A DNA stretch of 63,856 nucleotides, the filler included, from Myxococcota bacterium (GTDB lineage: Bacteria; Myxococcota_C; UBA6777): the NCBI GenBank assembly GCA_023150835.1. It is 3 parts of 3 records of this genome, joined end to end, with 100 filler letters (N's around TTAATTAATTAA, not from the genome) between each part and the next. Parts side by side here need not be neighbours in the genome. Positions count along the whole stretch, not along the records: positions 1 to 28,635 come from JAKLKB010000087.1; 2 more parts are not named here. One strand, given 5' to 3'. The translations under genes and the position numbers were made by a program. Shown here one piece after another: positions 1-10,042 of this stretch (positions are counted from its first letter, which is position 1; each line of letters begins with the position of its first letter). The notes under the pieces were generated by a model. It was not told the DNA's origin and ran no database searches. It saw only the letters and a list, made by a program, of their open reading frames with translations.

Positions 1-198
1 TCCCCCGTGAACAGGGGAGGGAGTGAAAGTCGGAGTCAGCGAGGTTTTGGGTTTCCATGCCGCACGCTGTTTGCACGAGAGATCGTCTTTGCCTGCTCCA
101 ACTTCCCCCCGTTCACGGGGGGAATGAGGGGGGGCCGACAAAAGAAACGGAGATCATCCTCGACCCTCCGGTGTTTCCACCTTAACAAGGCGCGTATG
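1..198 (+). mobile_element. MITE-like element family C (right part; left end outside the window), inserted into a GTAG-REP palindrome
   Basis: Colinear with 9260-9456 (CCCCGTGAACAGGGGAGGGAG...CTTCCCCCCGTTCACGGGGGGA...CCACCTTAACAAGGCGCGTATG). It is followed directly by half a REP, GGGTCTGCCCCTACA. Confidence 0.75.
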
Positions 199-245
199 GG
201 GTCTGCCCCTACATCCTTACGATCCACAACGGGCGGATCTCGTAT
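199..245 (-). repeat. Family A (REP-bearing ~115-bp element), partial
   Basis: GGGTCTGCCCCTACATCCTTACGATCCACAACGGGCGGATCTCGTAT matches the end of the copies at 54598-54711 and 57070-57184. Confidence 0.75.
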
Positions 246-278
246 TGCCCACATCGAAGCGACTCACAAAGAAAAGAA

Positions 279-1010
279 TTAAGGGCTTTTTTGGAAGGTG
301 ATCTTCCACATGCCTCGGACGTCACCGATGCGAAAGCCCGTGGCGCGATCTTGGGGGTAATACTTTTTGAGCAGAGCCAGCGTTTCGGGTTCGATATCTT
401 TTGTTGGGGAGCCGTGGCACTTGAGACAAGTCGGCATGGCGACAAGGATCGGGAGGTAGACTGTTTTGGTTTTTTTGTCTTCGGAGGGCAGGAGAGTGTG
501 GAGCGTTGGGGAATCCATGGCGATCTTTTGTTTGAGTTGGCGGATGAGTTTCATTTCATCCGAAGATGCGAGGTTTGCGGGGTTTCGATTGCGGTGTGAG
601 ATGCGTTGGACGGTGGCGTTGTGGGACTTGCCAAACTGACGTTCGATGTGTCCTGCGGTTTTTTGGCAGGTTTGGATCGCTTTTTCGATCGATCCCCCGG
701 CCATTTCTTGACGGAGAGTGCGCATCATGACGGTTGCGGTGCGTGTCGAGAGCCAGTTGGCCATATCGAGGACACTTCCGTCGCGTTCAAAATTAAAGAC
801 GGGTGGTAGGGCGTAACTGTCTTCTGGATTGCGCGGTTGTGGCGCGGGTTTTGGAGCTTCGACGCGTCGTGGTGGTTGGGGTGGGGGGGATATCTTGCGA
901 CGTTGGGGGGGAGGGGGGTCTGCTTTTTTGCAGCCAAAGAAGGCGGCGCTTGTGGTAAAGATCAGCAGAGAAAGCAGCGTATGGGCTCCAAAAAGGTATC
1001 GTGATCTCAC
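279..1010 (-). CDS. DUF3365/Tll0287-like c-type heme-binding lipoprotein
   Basis: GTG start after an AGGAGA RBS, lipobox-like AFFGC, Pro-rich linker, RISHRNRNPAN motif, CLKCH heme motif and a DRATGFRIGDVRG C-terminus. Confidence 0.8.
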   Translation of the reverse strand: MRSRYLFGAHTLLSLLIFTTSAAFFGCKKADPPPPQRRKISPPPQPPRRVEAPKPAPQPRNPEDSYALPPVFNFERDGSVLDMANWLSTRTATVMMRTLRQEMAGGSIEKAIQTCQKTAGHIERQFGKSHNATVQRISHRNRNPANLASSDEMKLIRQLKQKIAMDSPTLHTLLPSEDKKTKTVYLPILVAMPTCLKCHGSPTKDIEPETLALLKKYYPQDRATGFRIGDVRGMWKITFQKSP

Positions 1011-1186
1011 GGTGTGTTCTCCTTGTCTGCGTGTGAGACAGGTGTTTGGAAAAAGCGAGGAGACTCTATCGCGAACGAGGCGATCCTTCAAGGCGCAGAA
1101 GCAAGAAACATGGAGGAGCAGAGGAGATCGGAAGGTGGTCGTCCTTCGGGGAGGGCAAGCATTGAAACGAAGCAGAGCCAAGAAAT

Positions 1187-1804
1187 ATGGAGGAGCGGAT
1201 GATCTCGGAAGGCGCGGGGTGTGTGTCGGTGTACTTGTTGGCGGGGGGGAAAAGCACGCGTTTTGGATCGGATAAGGCGAGAGCATCGGTGGGAGGGGAA
1301 CCGTTGTTGTTGCGGGTTTTGCGCAGTTTGGGGGCGTTTCCTGCGGATGTTCGTGTGGTCGCGAGAGAAGCGGGGGCGTATGATGATCTGGGCGTGGAAA
1401 CCATCGCAGATATCCATGCAGATCGCGGTCCATTGGGCGGATTGCATTGTGCGTTGTGCGATCTTCGCGCACAACGGGGGGAATGGTTGTTGTTGATGCC
1501 ATGTGATCTGTTGGGTCTTGAACAGGAGTGGTTGTGGGCGTTATGGAAAGCGCGACAGGAAGGGGATCGTGCGGTGGCTTTTTTGGGGGAGCGTTGGGAG
1601 CCGTTGTGTGCGTTGTATCATGTTTCTGCGCTTCCGATGGTGGAGCGTCAGATCGAGCGTGGGGATGGGGCTTTGTGGCGATTGTTGGACATCTTGGAGG
1701 CGCGATCTGTCGAGTGTCCGCAAGGATGGGCAGAACAAGTGATACAGGCCAACACACCGCAGGCGTTGGCAAGGTACGCAAAAGGCTCGATACAAGGGCC
1801 TTGA
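1187..1804 (+). CDS. mobA: Molybdenum cofactor guanylyltransferase
   Basis: LLAGGKSTRFGSDKA, GPLGGL, PCD and EPLCALY motifs, plus ANTP at the C-terminus. Confidence 0.92.
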   Translation: MEERMISEGAGCVSVYLLAGGKSTRFGSDKARASVGGEPLLLRVLRSLGAFPADVRVVAREAGAYDDLGVETIADIHADRGPLGGLHCALCDLRAQRGEWLLLMPCDLLGLEQEWLWALWKARQEGDRAVAFLGERWEPLCALYHVSALPMVERQIERGDGALWRLLDILEARSVECPQGWAEQVIQANTPQALARYAKGSIQGP

Positions 1805-1835
1805 CTCGGCTGATCCATCGGATGGGATTTGTTTT

Positions 1836-2234
1836 TTAACAGGAGGGGTTTTTTTTATCTTTGCGCGGGTGAGGGAAGGTGTCTTGATCGTCTTTGTTTT
1901 CTCGGGGATGGAGGCACTCGAAGTCTTTTTCGACGAGGATAAAAACACGATCGGGGTCTGTTTTTGAATTGGGGGGTGTGGAGAAGCCGATCTCGTCGCT
2001 GTGGATCCATCGTTCCGCGATGGGTTTGGGGACGTGTATGGTCACGGTGTGGTCGAGGTAATCGACAAAGACCTCGTTGGCTTGGTCGTTTTGGGCGATA
2101 CAATAAGACAGCTTTTGCGTGTTGTGGGGGCCAAAGAAGATATGGGTTTCGACCCGTCCTTGTTGATCGAACTGATGGACTTCGGCTTGGGTGAGTCGAA
2201 AGCGGATGCTTTGGTCAAGGATGCGCATTTTCAA
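1836..2234 (-). CDS. Conserved hypothetical protein
   Basis: MKMRILDQSIRFRLTQAEV...ILVEKDFECLHPR...DTFPHP looks like a conserved small-protein family. Composition is protein-like. Confidence 0.75.
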   Translation of the reverse strand: MKMRILDQSIRFRLTQAEVHQFDQQGRVETHIFFGPHNTQKLSYCIAQNDQANEVFVDYLDHTVTIHVPKPIAERWIHSDEIGFSTPPNSKTDPDRVFILVEKDFECLHPRENKDDQDTFPHPRKDKKNPSC

Positions 2235-2381
2235 AGAGGATGTCTCCTGACAGGATGGGCGTTGGTTGGGGGGAGTGTTTGGGGGCGAAGCGGTGTGGAG
2301 GTTTGGCCGTTGAGAAGCTTGGGCGTAAAGGATACCGTGTTCGCGCCCAACGGAGTCGAGGCGGTGTTGCGGTTCGGTTTT

Positions 2382-3050
2382 TTAGACTGCGGGAGATTCG
2401 GGTTCTTGGGTGCCGGATTGGGCTTTGAGGCGGTTGGTGAGCATGTTTTCGAGGCGGAGAGAGTGTTCCTCGATATCGTTGACGATTTTTTGGGTGAGGT
2501 ACGAAAGAAACGCATGGAAGGAAAGAGCAGGGATGGCGACAACAAGTCCGAAGGCGGTGGTGTTCAACGCGACGGAGATGTATTCAGCGAGTTTTTTGGC
2601 TTTTTCTTCGGGGGCGGCGCTTTCGAGAGCTTGGAACGCAAAGATCAAACCAAAGATCGTCCCGAGAAGTCCGAGCATGGTGGCGACGTTGGCGACAGCG
2701 GTAAGGTTGTTGGTGCGTTTTTGGACTTTGGGGAGGATCTCAAGCGAGGCTTCTTCGATGGCGCTGGCGATCGCTTCGGGGCCTTTGTTGGCGCGGGCGA
2801 GGCCGGCTTTGATCACGCGGGGGAGTGCTGCAGCGGGGGCGGCGTTACAGAGTTTGATGGCGCGGTCGATGTTGTTGGCCATAACGAGCTTTTGGATTTG
2901 AGCCATAAAGGCTTTTCCGTTGATGTTGTATTTGAAGAAGAGAAACACAAAGCGCTCGATGATCAGGCCAAAACCCACAACTGAACAAAGCGCGATCGGG
3001 TGCATCCAAGCGCCACCCTTGATATAGAAGTCAGCGATGAGTCCCATCAT
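2382..3050 (-). CDS. MotA/TolQ/ExbB proton channel family protein (AglR/TolQ-like)
   Basis: GGAWMHPI, ANVATMLGLLGTIFGLI and ISVALNTTAFGLVVAIPA signature segments. Confidence 0.9.
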   Translation of the reverse strand: MMGLIADFYIKGGAWMHPIALCSVVGFGLIIERFVFLFFKYNINGKAFMAQIQKLVMANNIDRAIKLCNAAPAAALPRVIKAGLARANKGPEAIASAIEEASLEILPKVQKRTNNLTAVANVATMLGLLGTIFGLIFAFQALESAAPEEKAKKLAEYISVALNTTAFGLVVAIPALSFHAFLSYLTQKIVNDIEEHSLRLENMLTNRLKAQSGTQEPESPAV

Positions 3051-3645
3051 GATCTTTTTTTCTCCTGTTTGTTTGTTTCCATGTCCGTCCTTCTGTTGTG
3101 TTGGACGTGAGAACAAGGCGGTATACCCGGTCGTGTTGATTTAGGAAAGCCCTTTGTTGAGGGGGCTGATGTGTTGTTTTGGCGATCCACAGGCTTTTCT
3201 CGTAGGCAGCGCGTTGTGGCGAGGCGTGGTTGGTTTGGCAAGCAGCCTGTCCACAGCGTTGGCGATACTACACAACATCTACAGTCCTGTCAAAGAGAAA
3301 AGGGCAAAAGCGAAACAAGCGAACAGACCGCCCGTTTCGTCGATCTTGTGGAGGTTGTGTGAATGAACATCCTCATCTACGCTCCGACGGATCGGGTGTG
3401 ACTGGTTTGAAGGGAACGTCGTGTATCGGAGTCTTGTTTATCCAAAAAGATCGGCGAGAGCGATCGTTGCGTCGTGTTTGGGCGTGATCGTTGTGCCTAT
3501 CTGGGCGCGAGAGGGGAGACAACGCGAGCGAGGAAAGGTTCCGATTTGCTTTGTGTGGGGCTGGAATGTATCTTGCCTTTGTGCTGCCGAAAGCAAGGAG
3601 GCTGGAGGTTGAGCCAAACTTATCCAAGACACGAAGGAGGAAGCG

Positions 3646-4041
3646 ATGCGCGTTTCATGGAAAAAAGCAGCGAAGATTTATTGGTGGATGGGCTTGATGG
3701 GGTGGATGATCTTGTTGCCGGCATGTAGCGTCATCGGCGGGGGCGGGGGCGGCAACGAGAACGAGCGAAAATTTGCGGAACAAGTGACCTATCGCGTCGC
3801 ATCTTCGGGCAAGACCATCACTTTTGATCCGACAGGAAACTACCAGTACTATTTCAGTTTGGACAATTTTACAAACAAACAACCGACCGTCAGCAGCACA
3901 TATACCATCCTCAGCAAAGAGATCGTCTTCAAAAAAGACGATGGGACGGAGTACAGCGCACGCGGCTTGTTGGCTGCGGGTGACGCAAGCTTCACGTGGG
4001 CAGAACACCCCGACGAAACCTTCGCCAAATTGGCCAATTAA
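3646..4041 (+). CDS. Hypothetical lipoprotein
   Basis: AGGAGG RBS, signal peptide ending LLPAC, Gly linker and a beta-rich domain. Confidence 0.7.
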   Translation: MRVSWKKAAKIYWWMGLMGWMILLPACSVIGGGGGGNENERKFAEQVTYRVASSGKTITFDPTGNYQYYFSLDNFTNKQPTVSSTYTILSKEIVFKKDDGTEYSARGLLAAGDASFTWAEHPDETFAKLAN

Positions 4042-4117
4042 AGCAGGTTTGGGGTGGGTCGAAGGTTGTGGGGAGAGTTTTGTTGTTTGTGTGTGGGGGA
4101 TGTTTCGTTGCGTCGGT

Positions 4118-5305
4118 CTAGTGGGCTACATGGAGTAGAGAGGTTCCGCCTTGAACGAAGGTGGGGTGGGTTTGGGGCCGTTGGCTGGTGGCTGGGGTGG
4201 CCTCTGCGGCAGGCGTGGGTCGTTTGATAATAAAGAGGACGCCGCCTGTAATGGCTGCTGCGGCGGCGATGCCGATGAAAACGTTGGCCATGATCGCGCT
4301 GGTTCGGCCAGAATCTTCGATCGGTTGGATGTCTTTTTTGTAGTTGATGGGGGTGGTTTGGCTTGCTTGGAGTTTTTGGCTGACATCGCTTTGTTTGTTG
4401 GAAGCATCTACCCCAAAACCGATCACGCCCGCAACGGACACAACGGCGACTCCCACCGCGATCCATGCCCAAAAGCGGGGGTCTTGAACGAGAGGCACCT
4501 TGGGTTCTTTTTGGGTTGCGGCTTTGGCAAGCGCTAATTTCTTTTTCTTTTCGGCCTCGGCGTCAGCGGCTTTTTTCGCAGCTTCGGCGTCGGCAGCTTT
4601 TTTCGCAGCCTCAGCGTCGGCAGCTTTTTTCGCAGCTTCCGCAGCAGCGGCTTTTTTAGCGGCTTCGGCGTCAGCGGCTTTTTTCGCAGCTTCGGCTTCG
4701 GCAGCTTTTTTCGCAGCCTCAGCGTCAGCGGTCTTTTTGATGGCGTCTGTATCGGCAGCGGCTTTTTTAGCGGCTTCGGCGTCAGCGGCTTTTTTCGCAG
4801 CTTCGGCGTCAGCAGCTTTTTTCGCAGTATCATCGGCCTTTGCGACAGTTGGAGCAGGAGCATCGCCAAACAGCTTGTTTGCGAGTTCGGTGTGTGCCGA
4901 TTTGGCTTGATTTTTCTTAAAGAGATGGACGACTTCTTTGACGTTCTTGCCGGTTTGGGAGTCGATCTGTCGGAAGAGAGCGCGAACACGCGATCCAGCG
5001 GGGAAGATGCGGATATGGAAGAGCCAGCGGGCTTGGCGCATGGTGCCGATCTTGTTCATGCAATCGGGGGTGTCGCCGATACATCCAAGCGTTAATCGCG
5101 CCATCGAGATATCCATCGGATTCTGCGGCAACAACTTGAATTGTTTTCGCTTCCCGATGGCCTTTCGCATATTTTTGGTCAACGTCTTTGCGATGTTGGT
5201 GGGGGCTCCTTCTGCGCCGAGAAAATCGGCTGTTTCTTGGGCTTGGGCTGGAGCCGCCCACAACAACACACATCCCAACACAACACACCATAACCATCGA
5301 TTCAT
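4118..5305 (-). CDS. Secreted/membrane protein with TolA-like (AKKAADAEA)n repeat and a C-terminal hydrophobic hairpin
   Basis: Signal peptide ending AQA, about 10 nine-residue Ala/Lys/Glu repeats (27-bp units, ~4552-4840) and two C-terminal hydrophobic segments. Confidence 0.8.
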   Translation of the reverse strand: MNRWLWCVVLGCVLLWAAPAQAQETADFLGAEGAPTNIAKTLTKNMRKAIGKRKQFKLLPQNPMDISMARLTLGCIGDTPDCMNKIGTMRQARWLFHIRIFPAGSRVRALFRQIDSQTGKNVKEVVHLFKKNQAKSAHTELANKLFGDAPAPTVAKADDTAKKAADAEAAKKAADAEAAKKAAADTDAIKKTADAEAAKKAAEAEAAKKAADAEAAKKAAAAEAAKKAADAEAAKKAADAEAAKKAADAEAEKKKKLALAKAATQKEPKVPLVQDPRFWAWIAVGVAVVSVAGVIGFGVDASNKQSDVSQKLQASQTTPINYKKDIQPIEDSGRTSAIMANVFIGIAAAAAITGGVLFIIKRPTPAAEATPATSQRPQTHPTFVQGGTSLLHVAH

Positions 5306-5586
5306 GCCTCTCCATCCTCCGTTCTAAACGATGCCAACAGACGTTCCTGTTACCAATGAGATGCAAGACTGTATCTCTTGCAGGGCAACCTGACTTTGTG
5401 GTTTTGGAGAGTAGCCGTATGCGGGTTGTGTGTCAACTTCCGATGATGCAACGAAAAAGAGGTTTGGTTGTTTTGGGGGCTTGTTCGATCCATCAGCGAA
5501 AAACAGGAGTGGACATTTGAGCGGGGGCTTCGTATGCTTTGGCGATGGCGCATAGAGCGACCTTTTGGACGAGAGAAGGCGGTTGG

Positions 5587-6795
5587 ATGGCAAGCGTAGT
5601 ACGAGACGAGAGGTGCGGGGTGTCTGCTTTGGATCTGCGAAAAGCTCCAAGGCATCGCTTCTTTGGGATGTGTATCGCATCCTTGTTTGTGGCTGTCGCT
5701 GCGTTGGGGCAAGTCGCTTGTCAAGGAAGTGTCGTGGTCGATGAAAAGACGCTGGCGGAAACCACGCAGGGAGGCGAGTCGGCTCTTGTGGAGCAAGGGG
5801 CCACTGAGCCCTCCCAAGACACGGCACACGATGCAAGCGAATCTCCTTCCGACGAAAAAACGCAAGAGTCGCTTGCTTCCGAAGAGATCACGCCTACTGA
5901 GTACCTCGAACCGTCTCCAGAGCAGACCACCGAGCGCAAGGCGGACTGTGTAGGAAAGCCATCGCCGCCGACAGATCGCCTCTGGCGTGTCTCTCATGAT
6001 GGAGTGGAACGTTCTTTTCGGGTTTTTGTACCGCCTTCGTACGCATCGAATCAAGCGATGCCGATCGTGCTGAATTTTCACGGCGTCGCAAACGACGCAT
6101 GGACGCAGGTGTTGTTGTCAGGGATGGAAAGTAAAGCCGAAGAAGCCGGATTTATCGCGGTCCATCCCGAAGGACGGGCCTTGCCGTCGACGAGTTGGAA
6201 TGCAGGGACGTGTTGCCAACCTGCCGCATCATGGGGCGTGGATGACGTTGGCTTTGTGCGTGCCTTGTTGGATCGGTTGGAAGAGCAGTTGTGCGTGGAT
6301 CGCCGTCGGATCTACGCCACAGGGATCTCCAACGGTGGGATGTTGGCATATCGGCTGGCTTGCGAAGTCTCCGATCGCATCGCTGCGATCGCGCCCGTCG
6401 CTGCTTCGATGGTGTATCTTCCCTGCAAGCCTCCCCGCCCTTTCCCTGTGATGATCTTTCACGGAACGCTCGATAGCATCGTGCCTTATGCGGGTAATCC
6501 TCTTCTTGGCTACCCATCACTCAGCGCAAACGTCGAGCATTGGGTCGCCCACAATGGCTGCAGTGATCAGAAGGTCCGCCGTTTTTCCCAAGGGGACGCC
6601 TCTTGCGATGCTTATCCGACTTGTCGAGACGACGCCCAAGTCGAATCTTGCACGATCCTCGGTGGTGGGCATACTTGGCCGGGTGGTTTGCCTGTTCCGC
6701 AACTTGGATACACCAGCCTTTCCCTTCGAGCCACCGACGCGATGTGGGATTTCTTCTCCAAACATCCCATGCCTTCGCGCTCTCCTACTCCTTAG
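5587..6795 (+). CDS. LpqC/PHB-depolymerase-like esterase (alpha/beta hydrolase), probable lipoprotein; start uncertain (5539/5587/5668)
   Basis: PIVLNFHG, WNAGTCC, DDVGFV, TGISNGG nucleophile elbow, HGTLD and GHTWPGG. Confidence 0.85.
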   Translation: MASVVRDERCGVSALDLRKAPRHRFFGMCIASLFVAVAALGQVACQGSVVVDEKTLAETTQGGESALVEQGATEPSQDTAHDASESPSDEKTQESLASEEITPTEYLEPSPEQTTERKADCVGKPSPPTDRLWRVSHDGVERSFRVFVPPSYASNQAMPIVLNFHGVANDAWTQVLLSGMESKAEEAGFIAVHPEGRALPSTSWNAGTCCQPAASWGVDDVGFVRALLDRLEEQLCVDRRRIYATGISNGGMLAYRLACEVSDRIAAIAPVAASMVYLPCKPPRPFPVMIFHGTLDSIVPYAGNPLLGYPSLSANVEHWVAHNGCSDQKVRRFSQGDASCDAYPTCRDDAQVESCTILGGGHTWPGGLPVPQLGYTSLSLRATDAMWDFFSKHPMPSRSPTP

Positions 6796-6836
6796 TTTGT
6801 CAACAATCCACTTTTCTCCAAACAAGGCAAAGATGT

Positions 6837-8426
6837 ATGACGCGTTATCCTTCTTTTGCGACCTTCGAGGAGCTGGAGTCTTTCTTCGGGGAAGAGGCCG
6901 CACAGGTCGCAGAACCCGCACAATCGGAGCCTCCGAAGGCTTATGTGTACAGCGTGAGCGAGATCGTCGAAGCGTTAAACACGATCTTCCGCCATCGGAT
7001 CGGTGTTGTGTTTGTGCGCGGCGAGATCTCGGGCCTGAGCCGTTCATCACCACGCGGAGGAAACGGCCATCGCTATTTTCGCATCAAGGAAGGGACACGG
7101 GCTGTTCTGGATGCTGCGTTGTTCGCTCCTGCGGCTGCGCGTCTGCCGTTTGTGCTTGAGGAAGGCATGGAGGTGCAGTGTCAGGGAAGACTCGCTGTGT
7201 ACGGCCAACAAGGGCGATTGCAGCTTGTGGTCGATCGGATGGAGCGCGTTGGCGTCGGGGCTTTGATGATCGCTTTTCAGCGACTCAAGGAGCTTTTGGA
7301 CGCCGAAGGGCTGTTTGATCCCTACCGAAAAAAACCTATCCCCACATATCCTCGTTGTATCGGCCTTGTGACATCACCTGTGGGAGCCGCGCTGCGCGAT
7401 CTCTTACAGGTCTTTCGGCGGCGCTCTCCTTCGGTGTCTTTGTTGCTTGCACCTTGCCAAGTCCAAGGTCGCGGTGCTGCCGCAGAGATCGTCCGCGCCA
7501 TCCAAGCCCTCAACGAACAAACAGACGTCGATTTGATCATCTTGGGGCGAGGCGGAGGATCGATCGAGGACTTGTGGGCCTTCAACGAAGAGGCCGTTGC
7601 TCGGGCGATCTCTGCCTCTCGTCTGCCGATCTTGACAGGTATCGGCCACGAGACCGATTACACCATCGCTGACTTTGTCGCGGACAAACGCGCTCCGACA
7701 CCCTCCGCTGCCGCAGAGATGGCGACCCCTGCCGATCAAGCTCTGCTCGATGTCTTAGAAGAACGCAGGTATCGTATGCTCCAAGCGATATCTGCACAGA
7801 TCGGACGCGCTCGTCTTCGATTGGAACGGCTGGCCCGCCGTTTGCCGTCTCCCGAACAACAAGCGCATCGTCTTCATCTCCGCTTTGCCGATGCACAGCA
7901 ACGCATCGAGCGCGCTCTGTTGGTTCAGATCGCCCACTACAAGCGGCGATTGGCGGCTTTGCGCACACGCCTTGAAGCCCAAGATCCCGGACTTGCGCTG
8001 CAACAACAACAACAAACCCTTCGACTTTTCGAGCAACGCCTTCGCCACGCGATGCAGCGCGCTCTTGATCAACAGCGTCATCGCCTCGGTTTGTTTGCGC
8101 AACGTCTGCACGATCTCTCGCCGCTTCAGATCTTGGAACGCGGTTATGCCCTTGTTTCCGACGCGCAAGGACACCTCGTGCGCTACGCTCACGACCTACA
8201 AGAAGGTCAGCAGATCACGATCCGCCTACAACAAGGCCAAGCTATCGCACAAATCGTCTCCATCCTACCCGAACCACCGCCTTCTCCTCTTTCGACTTCC
8301 TCGGATACGTCGCCCTCGGCGCCTCCTATGACACATACTGCGGTTGTTCCGCGAAAACGCCATGCCCGCCCCAACACTTCCTCGCAACTGCCGCTTCCGA
8401 TCTTTTCCCCCAAAAAAGGCCAGTGA
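6837..8426 (+). CDS. xseA: Exodeoxyribonuclease VII large subunit
   Basis: VRGEIS, GHRYF, RGGGSIEDLWAFNEE, GIGHETD, RAPTPSAAAE and LSPLQILERGYA. Confidence 0.95.
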   Translation: MTRYPSFATFEELESFFGEEAAQVAEPAQSEPPKAYVYSVSEIVEALNTIFRHRIGVVFVRGEISGLSRSSPRGGNGHRYFRIKEGTRAVLDAALFAPAAARLPFVLEEGMEVQCQGRLAVYGQQGRLQLVVDRMERVGVGALMIAFQRLKELLDAEGLFDPYRKKPIPTYPRCIGLVTSPVGAALRDLLQVFRRRSPSVSLLLAPCQVQGRGAAAEIVRAIQALNEQTDVDLIILGRGGGSIEDLWAFNEEAVARAISASRLPILTGIGHETDYTIADFVADKRAPTPSAAAEMATPADQALLDVLEERRYRMLQAISAQIGRARLRLERLARRLPSPEQQAHRLHLRFADAQQRIERALLVQIAHYKRRLAALRTRLEAQDPGLALQQQQQTLRLFEQRLRHAMQRALDQQRHRLGLFAQRLHDLSPLQILERGYALVSDAQGHLVRYAHDLQEGQQITIRLQQGQAIAQIVSILPEPPPSPLSTSSDTSPSAPPMTHTAVVPRKRHARPNTSSQLPLPIFSPKKGQ

Positions 8427-8431
8427 AGGCT

Positions 8432-9160
8432 CTACAACCACCCACGATCCGCAAACGATACATAGCTTTGATCCCCAAGCACCAAGTGATCGAGTAGGCG
8501 GATGCCGATCAGGTGCGCGACTTGTTGTAAACGCTCCGTAAGCGCCCGATCTTCGGGGGAGGGCTCGGGTTGGCCGCTTGGATGGTTGTGCAACAAGATC
8601 ATCCCCACCGCTTTTTCCCGCAACGCCGGTGCAAAGACTTCGACAGGCGTCACAGGACACCGATTGATCGAACCCGCGCTGACCTGCACTTCCCGCAACA
8701 ATCGGTTGCTTTGATCCAACAGCAGCGCCCAAAAGGTCTCTTGCTCTTGCCCCGCCATGCGCGGCCCATAAGCCCGCCAGATCTGGCGCGAACACACAAA
8801 CGCTTCGCCCCGTGACAAGGGCTGTTGCGCTAACCTTCGCCCCAACTCCAACGCTGCTTTGATCGCCGCCGCTTTTTCCGACGAGATCGCCGCATGGCTC
8901 GCGATCTCTTGCACTCCCGCACGCTCCAACTCCCGCAGATCTTGAAATCCTTCCCAACAGCGGCGCGCTTGTTCCCAAACATTCCCTTGCTGGCGACCCG
9001 ATGTCCGCAACAACAGCGCCAACAACTCCACCTCGTGAAGTTCTCGATGCCCTCGGAACATCAACCGCTGCAACGGCACAGGCCCCTTCGTTTGTGAAAA
9101 TAGAACGCTCTCCTTCTCCGCAGCTTCCGTATGTTCTCGCGTCGGTGGCGCAGCACTCAT
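8432..9160 (-). CDS. radC: RadC family JAB-domain protein
   Basis: ELLALLLRT, AALELGRR, HNHPSGQPEPSPED and LLDHLVLG. Confidence 0.93.
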   Translation of the reverse strand: MSAAPPTREHTEAAEKESVLFSQTKGPVPLQRLMFRGHRELHEVELLALLLRTSGRQQGNVWEQARRCWEGFQDLRELERAGVQEIASHAAISSEKAAAIKAALELGRRLAQQPLSRGEAFVCSRQIWRAYGPRMAGQEQETFWALLLDQSNRLLREVQVSAGSINRCPVTPVEVFAPALREKAVGMILLHNHPSGQPEPSPEDRALTERLQQVAHLIGIRLLDHLVLGDQSYVSFADRGWL

Positions 9161-9215
9161 TTGATCAACTCCTTTTTTTGTTGGTGGTTTGTGGGTGGTT
9201 TGTGGGGCGCTGCCC

Positions 9216-9456
9216 CATAGGCGTTAGGTTAAGCGGAGGAAAGCCCCCCACCCCGCCCTCCCCCGTGAACAGGGGAGGGAGCGAAAGTCGGAAGCCTCGG
9301 GGATTTTGTTTTTTCATGACGCACGCTGTATGCACGACGCGCAGACGCTGCCCGTTCCAACTTCCCCCCGTTCACGGGGGGATTGAGGGGGGGCGGCAAA
9401 AGAAACGGCGATCAGGCTAGACTATCCGGTGTTTCCACCTTAACAAGGCGCGTATG
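9216..9456 (+). mobile_element. MITE-like element family C (241 bp, complete) with an 11-bp target-site duplication
   Basis: Imperfect terminal inverted repeats CATAGGCGTTAGGTTAAG / CTTAACAAGGCGCGTATG. It is flanked on both sides by GGGCGCTGCCC (9205-9215 and 9457-9467). Confidence 0.8.
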
Positions 9457-9580
9457 GGGCGCTGCCCCACGCCCCGCCATAGACTGTCGCCCCTTGACCC
9501 CGTATCGGCGGGGCGAACAGAGGTTTTTCAAACCAACAACAGCACCGCTTGAGATGCCGCGAACACGGGGGTTTTTGTAC
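9457..9580 (+). repeat. Family B element (interrupted by family C)
   Basis: GGGCGCTGCCCCACGCCCCGCCATAGACTGTCGCCCCTTGACCCCG...GCGAACACGGGGGTTTTT core. Confidence 0.75.
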
Positions 9581-10042
9581 CGAGTGCCTTGGTTTGTTTT
9601 GGGCCTCTTCTCCAAATGCTGTGCCGACTTCGGTTGGGCTTGTTTTTGGAACGTCGAATATCCCCGTCGATCCGAATCAATTGCATCACTCTTGTTGAGA
9701 TATCCGCATCGTTCGGTGGTTGCAGGCCGCGTCCAGCCTGTTTGTCAAAGAGAGCGATGGAGGTTGAAGCGACGGGTGGGTCTGTTTTTTCGGATGGCTT
9801 GCGGGTGTGGGGGCTTGTGTGTGTACGCGGTTTGGTTTGGGGGGGCTGCTTTTGCCATCTTGCATCCATCTTTTGCCATCTTGCATCCATCGTGAAGGTG
9901 TGGAATACCCACACTCTTTCGTGCGTGGCATCGCGTTTGGCACGGTTTGAAGAGATCCACAGATGGCTATTTTTTCTGCTCAAGACATCGGAATATCGGC
10001 GATCTGGGGTTAGCACGTTAAAGACAAGAAGGAGAATGTATC

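Noticed and set aside
1011-1781. N-terminal extension of the 500-aa ORF; similar extensions at 6603, 30939, 43395, 45893 and 52125
   Set aside because: They overlap better-supported genes or repeats; downstream starts have RBS and signal-peptide support.
8432-9160. radC as a marker of a mobile or defence island
   Set aside because: It is the full-length chromosomal-type RadC next to xseA, with no integrase or conjugation genes.
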